A stretch of 64,000 nt of DNA from a bacterium (GTDB taxonomy: Bacteria > Patescibacteriota > UBA1384 > CAILIB01 > JAUSJZ01), in assembly GCA_030647115.1 (NCBI GenBank), contig JAUSJZ010000010.1, positions 4,540 to 68,539 of the forward strand. The letters are read 5' to 3'. The notes below the pieces were generated by a model. The model searched no databases. It saw nothing but the letters and a program-made list of their open reading frames with translations, and was not told where the DNA came from. A program made the position numbers and the translations under genes. This document shows, piece after piece, positions 1-7,749 of this stretch (position 1 is its first letter; every line of letters begins with the position of its first letter).

Positions 1-116
1 ATGGTGGTGCGAGATCCATTGCTATCGTCAATCAACACTACCTCGCTCGAGCGTATTTGCTCATTGATAGGCAGCAAACTATGTGCCGAATTGAATTTGG
101 TATTTCGCTTACTCAA
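1..116 (-). CDS. infC: translation initiation factor IF-3, 5' part (runs off window start)
   Basis: Manual translation from TTG at 116 gives (M)SKRNTKFNSAHSLLPINEQIRSSEVVLIDDSNG, matching the IF-3 N-terminal INExIR..EV.LID..G motif. An in-frame TAG lies directly upstream. Not in the ORF track. Confidence 0.85.
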   Translation of the reverse strand, partial: MSKRNTKFNSAHSLLPINEQIRSSEVVLIDDSNGSRTT

Positions 117-126
117 CTACTGAAAC

Positions 127-155
127 AATTTACCAGATACATCGTACTCTGACAA
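127..155 (-). promoter_or_regulatory. putative sigma70 promoter of infC
   Basis: TTGTCA-17 nt-TAAATT with a TG extension, ending 10 nt before the TTG. Confidence 0.55.
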
Positions 156-159
156 TACC

Positions 160-915
160 TCATTTGATATTGGGATTCTTTTTGACAATAAGACGTAACG
201 CTTTAGGGATGACACTGAACTCAATTGGAGTACGGGCAATAGTGGTACGGTCGATTATCAGATTAATTGGCTCGGGTGACGTTAGACGTAACGTGTCGGC
301 ACTAAATTCACTCACCGACAGTGGTAAATCATGATGTTTGAACCGCTGCCACCAGCCGCCGAAACCGGTCTTTTGTTGTAAGACCACCTCACAGCGCACT
401 ACTACCTGATGTTCGTTGTTGGCGGTGGTACGGGTGTTAATAGTAACGGTGGCCGGGGTCAGTTTAGCTTGATAATCGGCGGTTATGACGGTAATTTCGC
501 CGCGACCGCTGACATCGAGTATGGCCTTGGTTAAGAATAAATTGCTGTTGTTGATGTGACCCAACGGGGCGTGCTGCCAACGGCGTTGGCGCAGAGCCAC
601 AATTGCCTCTTCCCAATTGCTGACCCCTATTTTTTCTAATAAGGCCAGGTGTTCACCCAGAGGGATGATGCCGAGTACCATATCAAACCGCAGTAGCCGG
701 GCCGCTACTTTGTTAACCAATTTGGGGTCGCCGACCGCCACCACCGTCTGGTAACCTTTCTGATGGGCATCTGATAGACAGTATTCGATGCTTTTAGTCG
801 GGTTCAAATGAATAATTTCACCAGCAATACCTTGGCTTACTACAGCATCTTCAATCTGTTTTGCTGTTTCAGCCAACCGCCTATTGGTGGGTTGGTCGAA
901 GATAAAATAGTACAC
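160..915 (-). CDS. diacylglycerol kinase (DAGK_cat)-like protein with degenerate ATP motif
   Basis: VVAVGD..LVNKV and LGIIPLG pattern; DAGK-like C-terminus TPIEFSVIPKALRLIV; GGDGT motif not intact. Confidence 0.65.
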   Translation of the reverse strand: MYYFIFDQPTNRRLAETAKQIEDAVVSQGIAGEIIHLNPTKSIEYCLSDAHQKGYQTVVAVGDPKLVNKVAARLLRFDMVLGIIPLGEHLALLEKIGVSNWEEAIVALRQRRWQHAPLGHINNSNLFLTKAILDVSGRGEITVITADYQAKLTPATVTINTRTTANNEHQVVVRCEVVLQQKTGFGGWWQRFKHHDLPLSVSEFSADTLRLTSPEPINLIIDRTTIARTPIEFSVIPKALRLIVKKNPNIK

Positions 916-930
916 GCCCTAAAAGAGAAA

Positions 931-1485
931 TTACTCTTCTAGTTCTAGTTTGGGCTTGGGTTTTTTGATGGGTTCTTCGGGCTCTGTCTCATCTTCAGTA
1001 TCGTCTTCAGTATCGTCTTTAACTTTGGGTTCGTCTTCAGCCTCGGGTTCGTCTTCATCTTCACCTTCAACCTCGGTTTCGCCTTCATCTTCGTCGGTAC
1101 TACCGATACTAGATTTTAGGGAAGAGAGCCTGTCTTCAGCTATAATCGGTGGTTTAATATCAACCATCGCCGATGAGCCGTTAAAAATGGCCCCCGGTTG
1201 AACGTGCAGGGTTTTGACCTTGACGTCACCGTCTACTCGACTCTCCGGTAGCATCTCGAGGGTATCGCTGGCTTCGATTGAGCCCTCAACCGCCCCGGCC
1301 ACCTGAACATTCTGGGCCTTAATTGGGCCAACGACCTTGGCATTTACCCCGACGACTACCGATTCATCAGAAATAACATCGCCCTTAACCGTACCGTTAA
1401 TCAAAATTGAACCACTATTTTTGATGCTGCCGGCTAGCTCAACATCTTCACCGACCATTGTGTCAAACTCTTGGGTGTTCTCCAT
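931..1485 (-). CDS. bactofilin (polymer-forming cytoskeletal protein, CcmA family) with acidic C-terminal tail
   Basis: Beta-helical repeats LAGSI..ILINGTVKGDV..VVGPI.AQNVQVAGAVEGSI..VDGDV..VQPGAIFNG. Confidence 0.9.
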   Translation of the reverse strand: MENTQEFDTMVGEDVELAGSIKNSGSILINGTVKGDVISDESVVVGVNAKVVGPIKAQNVQVAGAVEGSIEASDTLEMLPESRVDGDVKVKTLHVQPGAIFNGSSAMVDIKPPIIAEDRLSSLKSSIGSTDEDEGETEVEGEDEDEPEAEDEPKVKDDTEDDTEDETEPEEPIKKPKPKLELEE

Positions 1486-1544
1486 TTGAGGCCCTTACTT
1501 GTCTTGTATAACTAGTGTAGCACACTATTATCAAGTCATAGTGC

Positions 1545-1573
1545 TTGCTAAAAATGAAAAACTATGATAAATT
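1545..1573 (+). promoter_or_regulatory. putative sigma70 promoter of uvrA
   Basis: TTGCTA-17 nt-TAAATT with a TG extension. Confidence 0.5.
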
Positions 1574-1602
1574 CGCTCTGATTTAGATTTAATTTTGAAC
1601 GA

Positions 1603-4452
1603 ATGCATGAATCGGTTATAACCGTTACCGGTGCCCGCGAACACAACCTCAAAAATATTGACATAATTATCCCCAAGGACAAGCTGGTAGTAATTACCGG
1701 TTTGAGTGGCTCGGGTAAATCTTCGCTAGCCTTTGATACTCTTTATGCCGAAGGCCAACGTCGCTATGTCGAGAGTCTATCGGCCTATGCCAGACAGTTT
1801 TTGGGTATCATGGAGAAACCCGATGTCGATCACATTGAAGGGTTATCGCCGGCGATCTCGATTGACCAGAAAAATAGCTCGCGTAACCCCCGTTCAACGG
1901 TAGGCACGGTCACTGAAATATACGATTACATGCGCCTTTTATGGGCTCGAGTGGGAGAAGTCTACTGTCCCAAGGGCCACGGCAAGGTTGAACAGCAATC
2001 AGCCAGCCAAATAGCCGATAAGATTATCAGCCTGGCCAAGGGTAAAGTGGCTCGTATAATGATTCAGGCACCCTTGGTGCGTGATCGTAAAGGGGAACAT
2101 CGTTTAGTAATTTCCGGTTTAATAAAGAAAGGTATTGCTCGGGTAGCGGTTGATGGCCAGGTGTTGGAGATTGAAGAGGCCGCCACCCTAGATCTAGACA
2201 AACAGAAGAAACACACCATCGCGGCGGTTATCGACCGCTTATTGGTTGATGGCACCGAAGGCGATAAAACCGATTTAAGTCAGGAAGAACGCATTCGAAT
2301 ACTCGATTCGGTCGAAAAAGCCCTGAAGATCTCGGACGGCTTAGTGGAGATAGTTGATACCGAGAAAGGGAAGTCGGAGTTGTTCAGTGAACACTTTGCC
2401 TGCAACAAGTGTGACTTTGCTCTGCCCGAATTGGAGCCGCGCGTCTTTTCATTTAACAGTCCCCACGGGGCCTGCCCGAAGTGTCAGGGTCTGGGTACTT
2501 TACAGCAGCTAGATGCCAAGCGCATTGTACCCAACGGCAAGCTGACTATCTCTGAAGGGGCTATTAGACCGTGGAGTCGTTCGACCAACAGTGAGACCTG
2601 GATGATGCGCATATTACAGGCGGTTGTCACTAAACACAATTTTGACCTTGATACGCCGTTCAATAAACTAAAAAAGAGACAACAAGACATTGTGCTCTAC
2701 GGCACCGCCGAAGAGCTATACAGTGTCAACGGTTACGAAACAATGTATGAGGGTGTCATACCAAATTTAGCGCGCCGCCATAAAGAGACCGACTCCGATT
2801 ACATTCGGACCGAGATTGAAAAATATATGATTAGCCAGATCTGCCCCGTCTGTTTGGGTGGTCGTCTCAAAGAAGAGATCAAGTCTATCAAAATTGGGGA
2901 TAAGTCAATTGTGGAAGCCAATGCGATGGATATCAACCTGGCCGAGACTTTCTATCTTAATCTACCCAAGAAGCTAAGTGAGATGCAGTTAACAATTGCT
3001 AATCAGGTGCTGAAAGAGATCTCGACGCGCATTAAGTTCTTAAAAAATGTTGGTTTGGATTATCTGACACTAGATCGCAGTGCGACCACTCTGGCCGGCG
3101 GCGAAGCGCAGCGAATTCGACTGGCGACTCAAATCGGTTCCGGTTTAACGGGGGTTCTTTATATTTTAGACGAGCCCTCAATTGGGCTCCACCAACGCGA
3201 TAACGACAAACTGCTCGAGACCTTAAAAGAACTGCGCGACCTGGGTAACTCGGTCATTGTAGTGGAGCACGACGAGGATACGATGCGAGCGGCCGACTAC
3301 TTAATTGATATTGGGCCTGGTGCCGGCAAGCACGGTGGTGAGGTGGTCGCTTTGGGTACGCCCGAAGAGGTGACCAAAGCCAAGGGGTTAACGGCCGAAT
3401 ATCTACGGGGTGATAAAAAGATCAAGGTGCCGACGGTGCGTCGCCAACCGACCAGACGCGAACTAACGGTGGTAAAGGCGAGCGCCAATAATCTGAAAGA
3501 TATTAACGTGACCATTCCGTTAGGTTTGTTCGTCTGTGTCACGGGTGTCTCTGGTTCGGGTAAATCCACCTTAGTCTACGACATTGTGGCTAAAACACTG
3601 GCCGGACACTATCACCGCGCCCGCACCATACCGGGCCAACACAAAGAGATTAAGGGTCTAGAACAACTTGATAAGGTTATTATTATTGATCAGTCACCCA
3701 TTGGGCGTACACCGCGCAGTAACCCCGCTACCTACACCGGTGTCTTTACCTACGTACGCGAGCTGTTTGCGGCGACCAAAGAGGCCAAATCACGCGGGTA
3801 CAGTTCGGGGCGCTTCTCCTTCAATGTTAAGGGAGGTCGTTGTGAAGCCTGTGCCGGTGACGGTGTCAAAAAAATTGAAATGAACTTCTTACCCGATATT
3901 TACGTCAAGTGTGAGGTCTGTAAGGGTAAACGCTATAACGAAGAGGCACTGCAGATTATGTACAAGGGCAAAACCACGGCCGAGGTCTTAGACATGACCA
4001 TTGATGAAGCACTGGAGTTCTTTCAGAACATCACGGCCATTAAACGCAAATTAAAGGTTCTGTCAGATGTCGGCTTGGGTTATATGCACCTGGGGCAGCC
4101 GGCGACGACACTGTCGGGTGGTGAGGCGCAGCGTATTAAACTGGCCAGTGAACTATCCCGTCGCAGCACCGGTCGAACCATCTATATTTTGGATGAACCG
4201 ACTACCGGTCTGCATTTCGATGACATCAACCGCCTGTTGCAGGTGCTACAGCGTCTGGTGAGCAAGGGCAACTCGGTCTTGGTGATTGAGCATAACATTG
4301 ACGTCATCAAGAGTGCCGACTGGATCATTGACCTCGGCCCCGAGGGTGGGGCGAAGGGTGGTTATGTCATTGTGGAGGGTTCGCCCGAGACGGCGGCGGC
4401 TCACGCCAAGAGCTATACCGGTCAGTATTTGAAAAGAGTACTATCGAAGTAG
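1603..4452 (+). CDS. uvrA: excinuclease ABC subunit A
   Basis: GAREHNLKN, two Walker A motifs ([18 protein letters not shown]), zinc fingers, LSGGEAQR signature. Confidence 0.99.
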   Translation: MHESVITVTGAREHNLKNIDIIIPKDKLVVITGLSGSGKSSLAFDTLYAEGQRRYVESLSAYARQFLGIMEKPDVDHIEGLSPAISIDQKNSSRNPRSTVGTVTEIYDYMRLLWARVGEVYCPKGHGKVEQQSASQIADKIISLAKGKVARIMIQAPLVRDRKGEHRLVISGLIKKGIARVAVDGQVLEIEEAATLDLDKQKKHTIAAVIDRLLVDGTEGDKTDLSQEERIRILDSVEKALKISDGLVEIVDTEKGKSELFSEHFACNKCDFALPELEPRVFSFNSPHGACPKCQGLGTLQQLDAKRIVPNGKLTISEGAIRPWSRSTNSETWMMRILQAVVTKHNFDLDTPFNKLKKRQQDIVLYGTAEELYSVNGYETMYEGVIPNLARRHKETDSDYIRTEIEKYMISQICPVCLGGRLKEEIKSIKIGDKSIVEANAMDINLAETFYLNLPKKLSEMQLTIANQVLKEISTRIKFLKNVGLDYLTLDRSATTLAGGEAQRIRLATQIGSGLTGVLYILDEPSIGLHQRDNDKLLETLKELRDLGNSVIVVEHDEDTMRAADYLIDIGPGAGKHGGEVVALGTPEEVTKAKGLTAEYLRGDKKIKVPTVRRQPTRRELTVVKASANNLKDINVTIPLGLFVCVTGVSGSGKSTLVYDIVAKTLAGHYHRARTIPGQHKEIKGLEQLDKVIIIDQSPIGRTPRSNPATYTGVFTYVRELFAATKEAKSRGYSSGRFSFNVKGGRCEACAGDGVKKIEMNFLPDIYVKCEVCKGKRYNEEALQIMYKGKTTAEVLDMTIDEALEFFQNITAIKRKLKVLSDVGLGYMHLGQPATTLSGGEAQRIKLASELSRRSTGRTIYILDEPTTGLHFDDINRLLQVLQRLVSKGNSVLVIEHNIDVIKSADWIIDLGPEGGAKGGYVIVEGSPETAAAHAKSYTGQYLKRVLSK

Positions 4453-4479
4453 TATCGGTCGCCAAAAAGGAGGCGGAAC

Positions 4480-4734
4480 ATGGTTCTACGCGATGACCGA
4501 ACGGGGAATCCACTGGGGGTACTGGTCTGGGCCGAAATTACCTTCAGTGATCACAGTGGTCCCAAGGGTAAGCTGTACCAGGCCTCTTCTGAAGAAGTAG
4601 CTCGCAATTGGATTGAGGATATCTTCAGAATAGGCCCCTGTTTCTACGGTCTGAAGCCACTCGACTGGCAGTGTCTACCTGCCGATACGGAGTCGCACGT
4701 CATTGCCATCGTGTCAGTCCCGGTCACCCCTTGA
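4480..4734 (+). CDS. hypothetical protein (84 aa)
   Basis: ATG preceded by a strong AGGAGG RBS; fills the uvrA-rnpB gap; followed by a hairpin. Confidence 0.6.
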   Translation: MVLRDDRTGNPLGVLVWAEITFSDHSGPKGKLYQASSEEVARNWIEDIFRIGPCFYGLKPLDWQCLPADTESHVIAIVSVPVTP

Positions 4735-4750
4735 CGGGGTGGCCTTTTCT
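4722..4750 (+). terminator. intrinsic terminator after the 84-aa ORF, overlapping the rnpB -35
   Basis: ggtcacccc-ttgac-ggggtggcc followed by ttttct. Confidence 0.6.
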
Positions 4751-4758
4751 GTTACAAT
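4731..4758 (+). promoter_or_regulatory. rnpB promoter
   Basis: TTGACG-16 nt-TACAAT with a TG extension, just before the RNA 5' end. Confidence 0.65.
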
Positions 4759-4765
4759 CACCCTG

Positions 4766-5119
4766 ACCACTTTTGGTGACTGATTACGTGGCTGCGCAAG
4801 CAGAGGAAAGTCCGGGCTTCAGTGTCATCGTTGTTGCTAACGGCAACCCACCGCAAGGTGCGAGCTAGTGCCACAGAAACGATACCTCCGGCGAAGCTCC
4901 AGAACGAAAGTATCAGGAGCGGAGCCGGAAAGGGTGAAATAGTGCGGTAAGAGCGCACTGGTTTGCTAGGTGACTAGCGAATCGAGGTAAACCTAACGGG
5001 AAGCAAGGTGGGTTGGACTGTAGACACATCAAAAGGTTGACACACCGTGTCTGTAGAACCCACCGCTTAGATAGATCACGTAATAAACAAAACCCGGCTT
5101 ATCGGTCACCAGGGGTGGT
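4766..5119 (+). ncRNA. rnpB: RNase P RNA (type A-like, no P18)
   Basis: GAGGAAAGTCCGGGC, AGTGCCACAGAAA, GGTGAAA, GGTAAACC and ACAAAACCCGGCTTA conserved regions; P1 (ggtgactgat/atcggtcacc) and P2 (attacgtg/cacgtaat) pair. Confidence 0.97.
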
Positions 5120-5134
5120 TTTTTAGTTAAACTA

Positions 5135-6034
5135 TTAGAGCAATCCGCCAGTCATAATTCGGTATTCTCTCTTGGAGTCCCAAATACTGGTTAGTGCTTT
5201 GAAATTCTTATCTGGTTCCAGCATTAATGTCGCCAACTGATCAATCTCTTGTAGTACTTTTTCTTTCAGGTTAGTAAAGTTGCTATAGCTGACAATCTCT
5301 GGAACATGTAGGTAAATGATTTCGTTGTTCATCAAGCAGTGAAAGTCATAAAACAACTCCCAAGCAATCGCCATTAATCCCTCAAAACCACCGGCATTGT
5401 AGAAATGTTTTTCGTCAATCTTGCCCGCGCGCACTTGCAACCAAGCAGCGGCAGAAAAGTCGAAAGTACCTTGTGGCAAATCATAGAAGTTTAGTTTTGT
5501 GTAATTGTGTAGACTACCGTCGACATCAATTGTGACCCAGCGTGATTGCCCCTCATCCCAGTACTGATCTATCCAATGATCATCACTTTTTCCTACCGGA
5601 AGACCCTCCACCATAAAATACGGAGCAAAGCCAGACCTAACTCTGGTGGGGATGCCTTTTGATTTTAAAATTGCTGCCACTAAAAGAGAGTCATGCCGGC
5701 AAGTCACAACTAGTTTATCTTCCGGATTGCGATCGAGAGTAAGCCCCCTGGCATCCCTTCTGAAAAGCTCTGCCATCATTGCTGAAACGGTTGGAAAAAC
5801 ATCATCTTCTGGTTGTCTGTACCAAGGAACCCTGTTCATGTCACCGTATTTCAAATCAGAATTAGTACCCGTATTGCCGGCTTTAAGAGTCGTGCGGTGG
5901 ATGATCTGTTTTCGCACCAAAAGTCCAATTTCCTTAATGTCGTTTGGTAATTCTTCTCTAAGGTACTTTTCATACAAACCAGGATTGGTATAGAGGCTAA
6001 AACACTTATAGTGGTCTATGATTACCTGTTGCAT
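5135..6034 (-). CDS. transglutaminase-like (Cys-His-Asp) domain protein
   Basis: TCRHDSLL..GIPTRVRSGFAPYF..DHWIDQYW..RWVTID, the TGc fold pattern. Confidence 0.85.
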   Translation of the reverse strand: MQQVIIDHYKCFSLYTNPGLYEKYLREELPNDIKEIGLLVRKQIIHRTTLKAGNTGTNSDLKYGDMNRVPWYRQPEDDVFPTVSAMMAELFRRDARGLTLDRNPEDKLVVTCRHDSLLVAAILKSKGIPTRVRSGFAPYFMVEGLPVGKSDDHWIDQYWDEGQSRWVTIDVDGSLHNYTKLNFYDLPQGTFDFSAAAWLQVRAGKIDEKHFYNAGGFEGLMAIAWELFYDFHCLMNNEIIYLHVPEIVSYSNFTNLKEKVLQEIDQLATLMLEPDKNFKALTSIWDSKREYRIMTGGLL

Positions 6035-6102
6035 GATTGAAATTTATATTATTTTTAGTCAAACTAACTCTACTTCCACATCTACTTCTTGCTCTCAAAC
6101 TA

Positions 6103-6247
6103 TGGTCGGGGACCTGGATTGAGGTTGTCAAGTCAGTCCCTCGCACCTTTTAAGCTTAATACTCGGGACTGATTTTGACAATCCTCGGTTGAATGGTGCC
6201 GTTTCAAGCTAATCGTACCATTCAACACGAACCAGTGGTTCGAACCC
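6103..6247 (-). repeat. tRNA-Gln 3'-end-derived structured element, copy 1
   Basis: tggtcggggacctggatt + two long hairpins (6121-6186, 6188-6226) + cgaaccagtggttcgaaccc (+ strand). Confidence 0.85.
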
Positions 6248-6260
6248 TTATCACTAGGTC

Positions 6261-6299
6261 AAAAGAAAAAGGTCTACCAGAAGGTAAACCTTTTTCTTT
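6261..6299 (-). terminator. terminator-like hairpin between the two elements
   Basis: aaagaaaaagg..ccag..cctttttcttt inverted repeat with A and T tracts. Confidence 0.65.
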
Positions 6300-6406
6300 G
6301 GCTCGGGGACCTGGATGGTGACCGTCAAGACAACCGTCATTGACTGTCACAGCCACCGTGGTCGTTGACACTATACCACGGTGGCCCGAACCAGTGGTTC
6401 GAATCC
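6299..6406 (-). repeat. tRNA-Gln 3'-end-derived structured element, copy 2
   Basis: tggctcggggacctggat + two hairpins (6318-6350, 6352-6385) + cgaaccagtggttcgaatcc (+ strand). Confidence 0.85.
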
Positions 6407-6414
6407 TTTACCTC

Positions 6415-6465
6415 AAAACAATACGCCATAGCTTCAGAAAGAAATTATCTGAAGCGACGGCGTAT
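6415..6465 (-). terminator. terminator-like hairpin after tRNA-Gln
   Basis: atacgcc..gcttcaga / tctgaagc..ggcgtat inverted repeat followed (minus strand) by tgtttt. Confidence 0.6.
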
Positions 6466-6538
6466 GGCTCGGGGACCTGGATTCGAACCAGGATTCACGG
6501 CTTCAAAGGCCGCTGTCCTACCATTAGACGATCTCCGA
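6465..6538 (-). tRNA. tRNA-Gln(TTG), CCA encoded
   Basis: TCGGAGA..CTAATGGTAGG..GCGGC-CTTTGAA-GCCGT..CCTGG-TTCGAAT-CCAGG-TCCCCGA-G-CCA cloverleaf. Confidence 0.97.
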
Positions 6539-6551
6539 ATACGGTTCAACT

Positions 6552-6941
6552 TTACTCGTTTGGCACGTATAAGTAAACCTGTCGCTCTCTGAACCCCAAC
6601 TTTTGGTAAAGCAGGTGCGCTTCGGGTGAACCGGGGTCGGCGTAGACGTAACAATCTGGATATTGTACCAAGACCATCTGCATCAAGGCCGAGGCGATGC
6701 CCTGGCGACGATAATTGGGGTCAACCAGCAAATCGGCGACTAGAGTAAAGCCCACTCCATCGCTAATGGCGCGCACAACCGCCACCACCTGATTATCAAT
6801 CGCGGCGTAAGCGGCAAAATTGCTTTTGGAGAAGGCGAAAATGACTCGCTCTTGGCGGGCAAGATCCCAATCGGGGTGGGCCAGGGTCAGTAAGGAGAGA
6901 TGTTGGTCGTGTTGGGGGGCGATGGGGTAGTAGGTAATCAT
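6552..6941 (-). CDS. GNAT family N-acetyltransferase
   Basis: LLVDPNYRRQGIA (motif A) and LYQKLGF. Start placed at ATG 6941 (6944 also possible), 7 nt after a TATAAT; the longer ORF overlaps the divergent gene. Confidence 0.9.
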   Translation of the reverse strand: MITYYPIAPQHDQHLSLLTLAHPDWDLARQERVIFAFSKSNFAAYAAIDNQVVAVVRAISDGVGFTLVADLLVDPNYRRQGIASALMQMVLVQYPDCYVYADPGSPEAHLLYQKLGFRERQVYLYVPNE

Positions 6942-6999
6942 CATTACTATTATACATTTGTCGAAATTACAGTACAATAATGGAAAATAGTAATTAGCT

Positions 7000-7713
7000 A
7001 TGCTTGCTATCATCTCGAACGCCCGACGTGGAGTACGCTGGTGGGTAAAGGTCTTATGGTCGTTACTGTTAATTGTGGTGGCTGTCTTGGTGGTAATGTC
7101 GATAGACCGACGTACCAAGCCGGTTAACTTAAATCAACCGGGCCAGACCGGGGGCACCGATTCCCAAAAATTAGAACCAACCGCTACTAATGAGACTGCG
7201 ATCGACACCCCGGTACCACCGGTTACCACTGAAGCTCCAAAAAAAGAAGAGACGCCGGTTACCGAAAACAAGCCGGCCGAGCCGGTCAATTATGATGGCA
7301 CCGACGTTCATCTAGGCCCCATTACGGTTAAAATACCGAAACAGTGGTACTTTACCTACTCGCAAGAGTCGGTCGGCCAACTGCTTAACTTCGGGACGCA
7401 GACTTTTGGCCCCGATAACCCTTATACAGCCGCTATGGCTGACGATGCTAGTGGTTACGTGGGCCCATACGAGAGCATCCCTTCCGAGGCAGTGGGGGCC
7501 TTAGTTGAAACCAATAATATCACACTAGCCAACGGCCAAACTATTGAGAAGAAAGTCTACCGCGGCAATACGGCTGACAATGTTGATCTAACCCAGGTGG
7601 TGGTGAAGCTGAAAGTGGCCGATAAAGAATATGGGGTGCTGTTTTATACCCAATCAAAAAACGACACCCAACTGAAACGACTGTCAGACATGTTGCAGAT
7701 TATGGCCTATTAG
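7000..7713 (+). CDS. membrane-anchored extracytoplasmic protein (N-terminal TM, P/T/E-rich linker, possible PsbP-like domain)
   Basis: Hydrophobic stretch VLWSLLLIVVAVLVVM, low-complexity linker, TVKIPKQW motif. Confidence 0.6.
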   Translation: MLAIISNARRGVRWWVKVLWSLLLIVVAVLVVMSIDRRTKPVNLNQPGQTGGTDSQKLEPTATNETAIDTPVPPVTTEAPKKEETPVTENKPAEPVNYDGTDVHLGPITVKIPKQWYFTYSQESVGQLLNFGTQTFGPDNPYTAAMADDASGYVGPYESIPSEAVGALVETNNITLANGQTIEKKVYRGNTADNVDLTQVVVKLKVADKEYGVLFYTQSKNDTQLKRLSDMLQIMAY

Positions 7714-7749
7714 CTTGCTCGACAACCCATTATCTGATAAGGCTAAAGG

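Noticed and set aside
985-1100. Short tandem repeats (tcttcagtatcg, tcttca)
   Set aside because: Explained by codons of the bactofilin acidic tail; the antisense Ser-rich ORF 950-1201 is a shadow
1513-1527. tagtgt-agc-acacta palindrome upstream of uvrA as an SOS operator
   Set aside because: Only a 6-bp arm, no match to LexA boxes I know, and no second copy to support it
4758-4958. 66-aa minus-strand ORF
   Set aside because: Antisense to RNase P RNA
6103-6406. Intron-containing or permuted tRNA genes
   Set aside because: No D-arm, anticodon arm or 5' acceptor strand is present in either copy
6103-6490. CRISPR array interpretation of the repeated tggctcggggacctggat
   Set aside because: The repeat is the tRNA 3' end, the spacing is 166-196 nt and structured, and no cas genes are present
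6340-6654. Three short ORFs (78, 75 and 69 aa)
   Set aside because: They overlap the tRNA and the structured repeats; no coding signals
6945-7118. N-terminal 58 aa of the GNAT ORF
   Set aside because: Overlaps the divergent gene and its promoter region; the GNAT fold starts at 6941-6944
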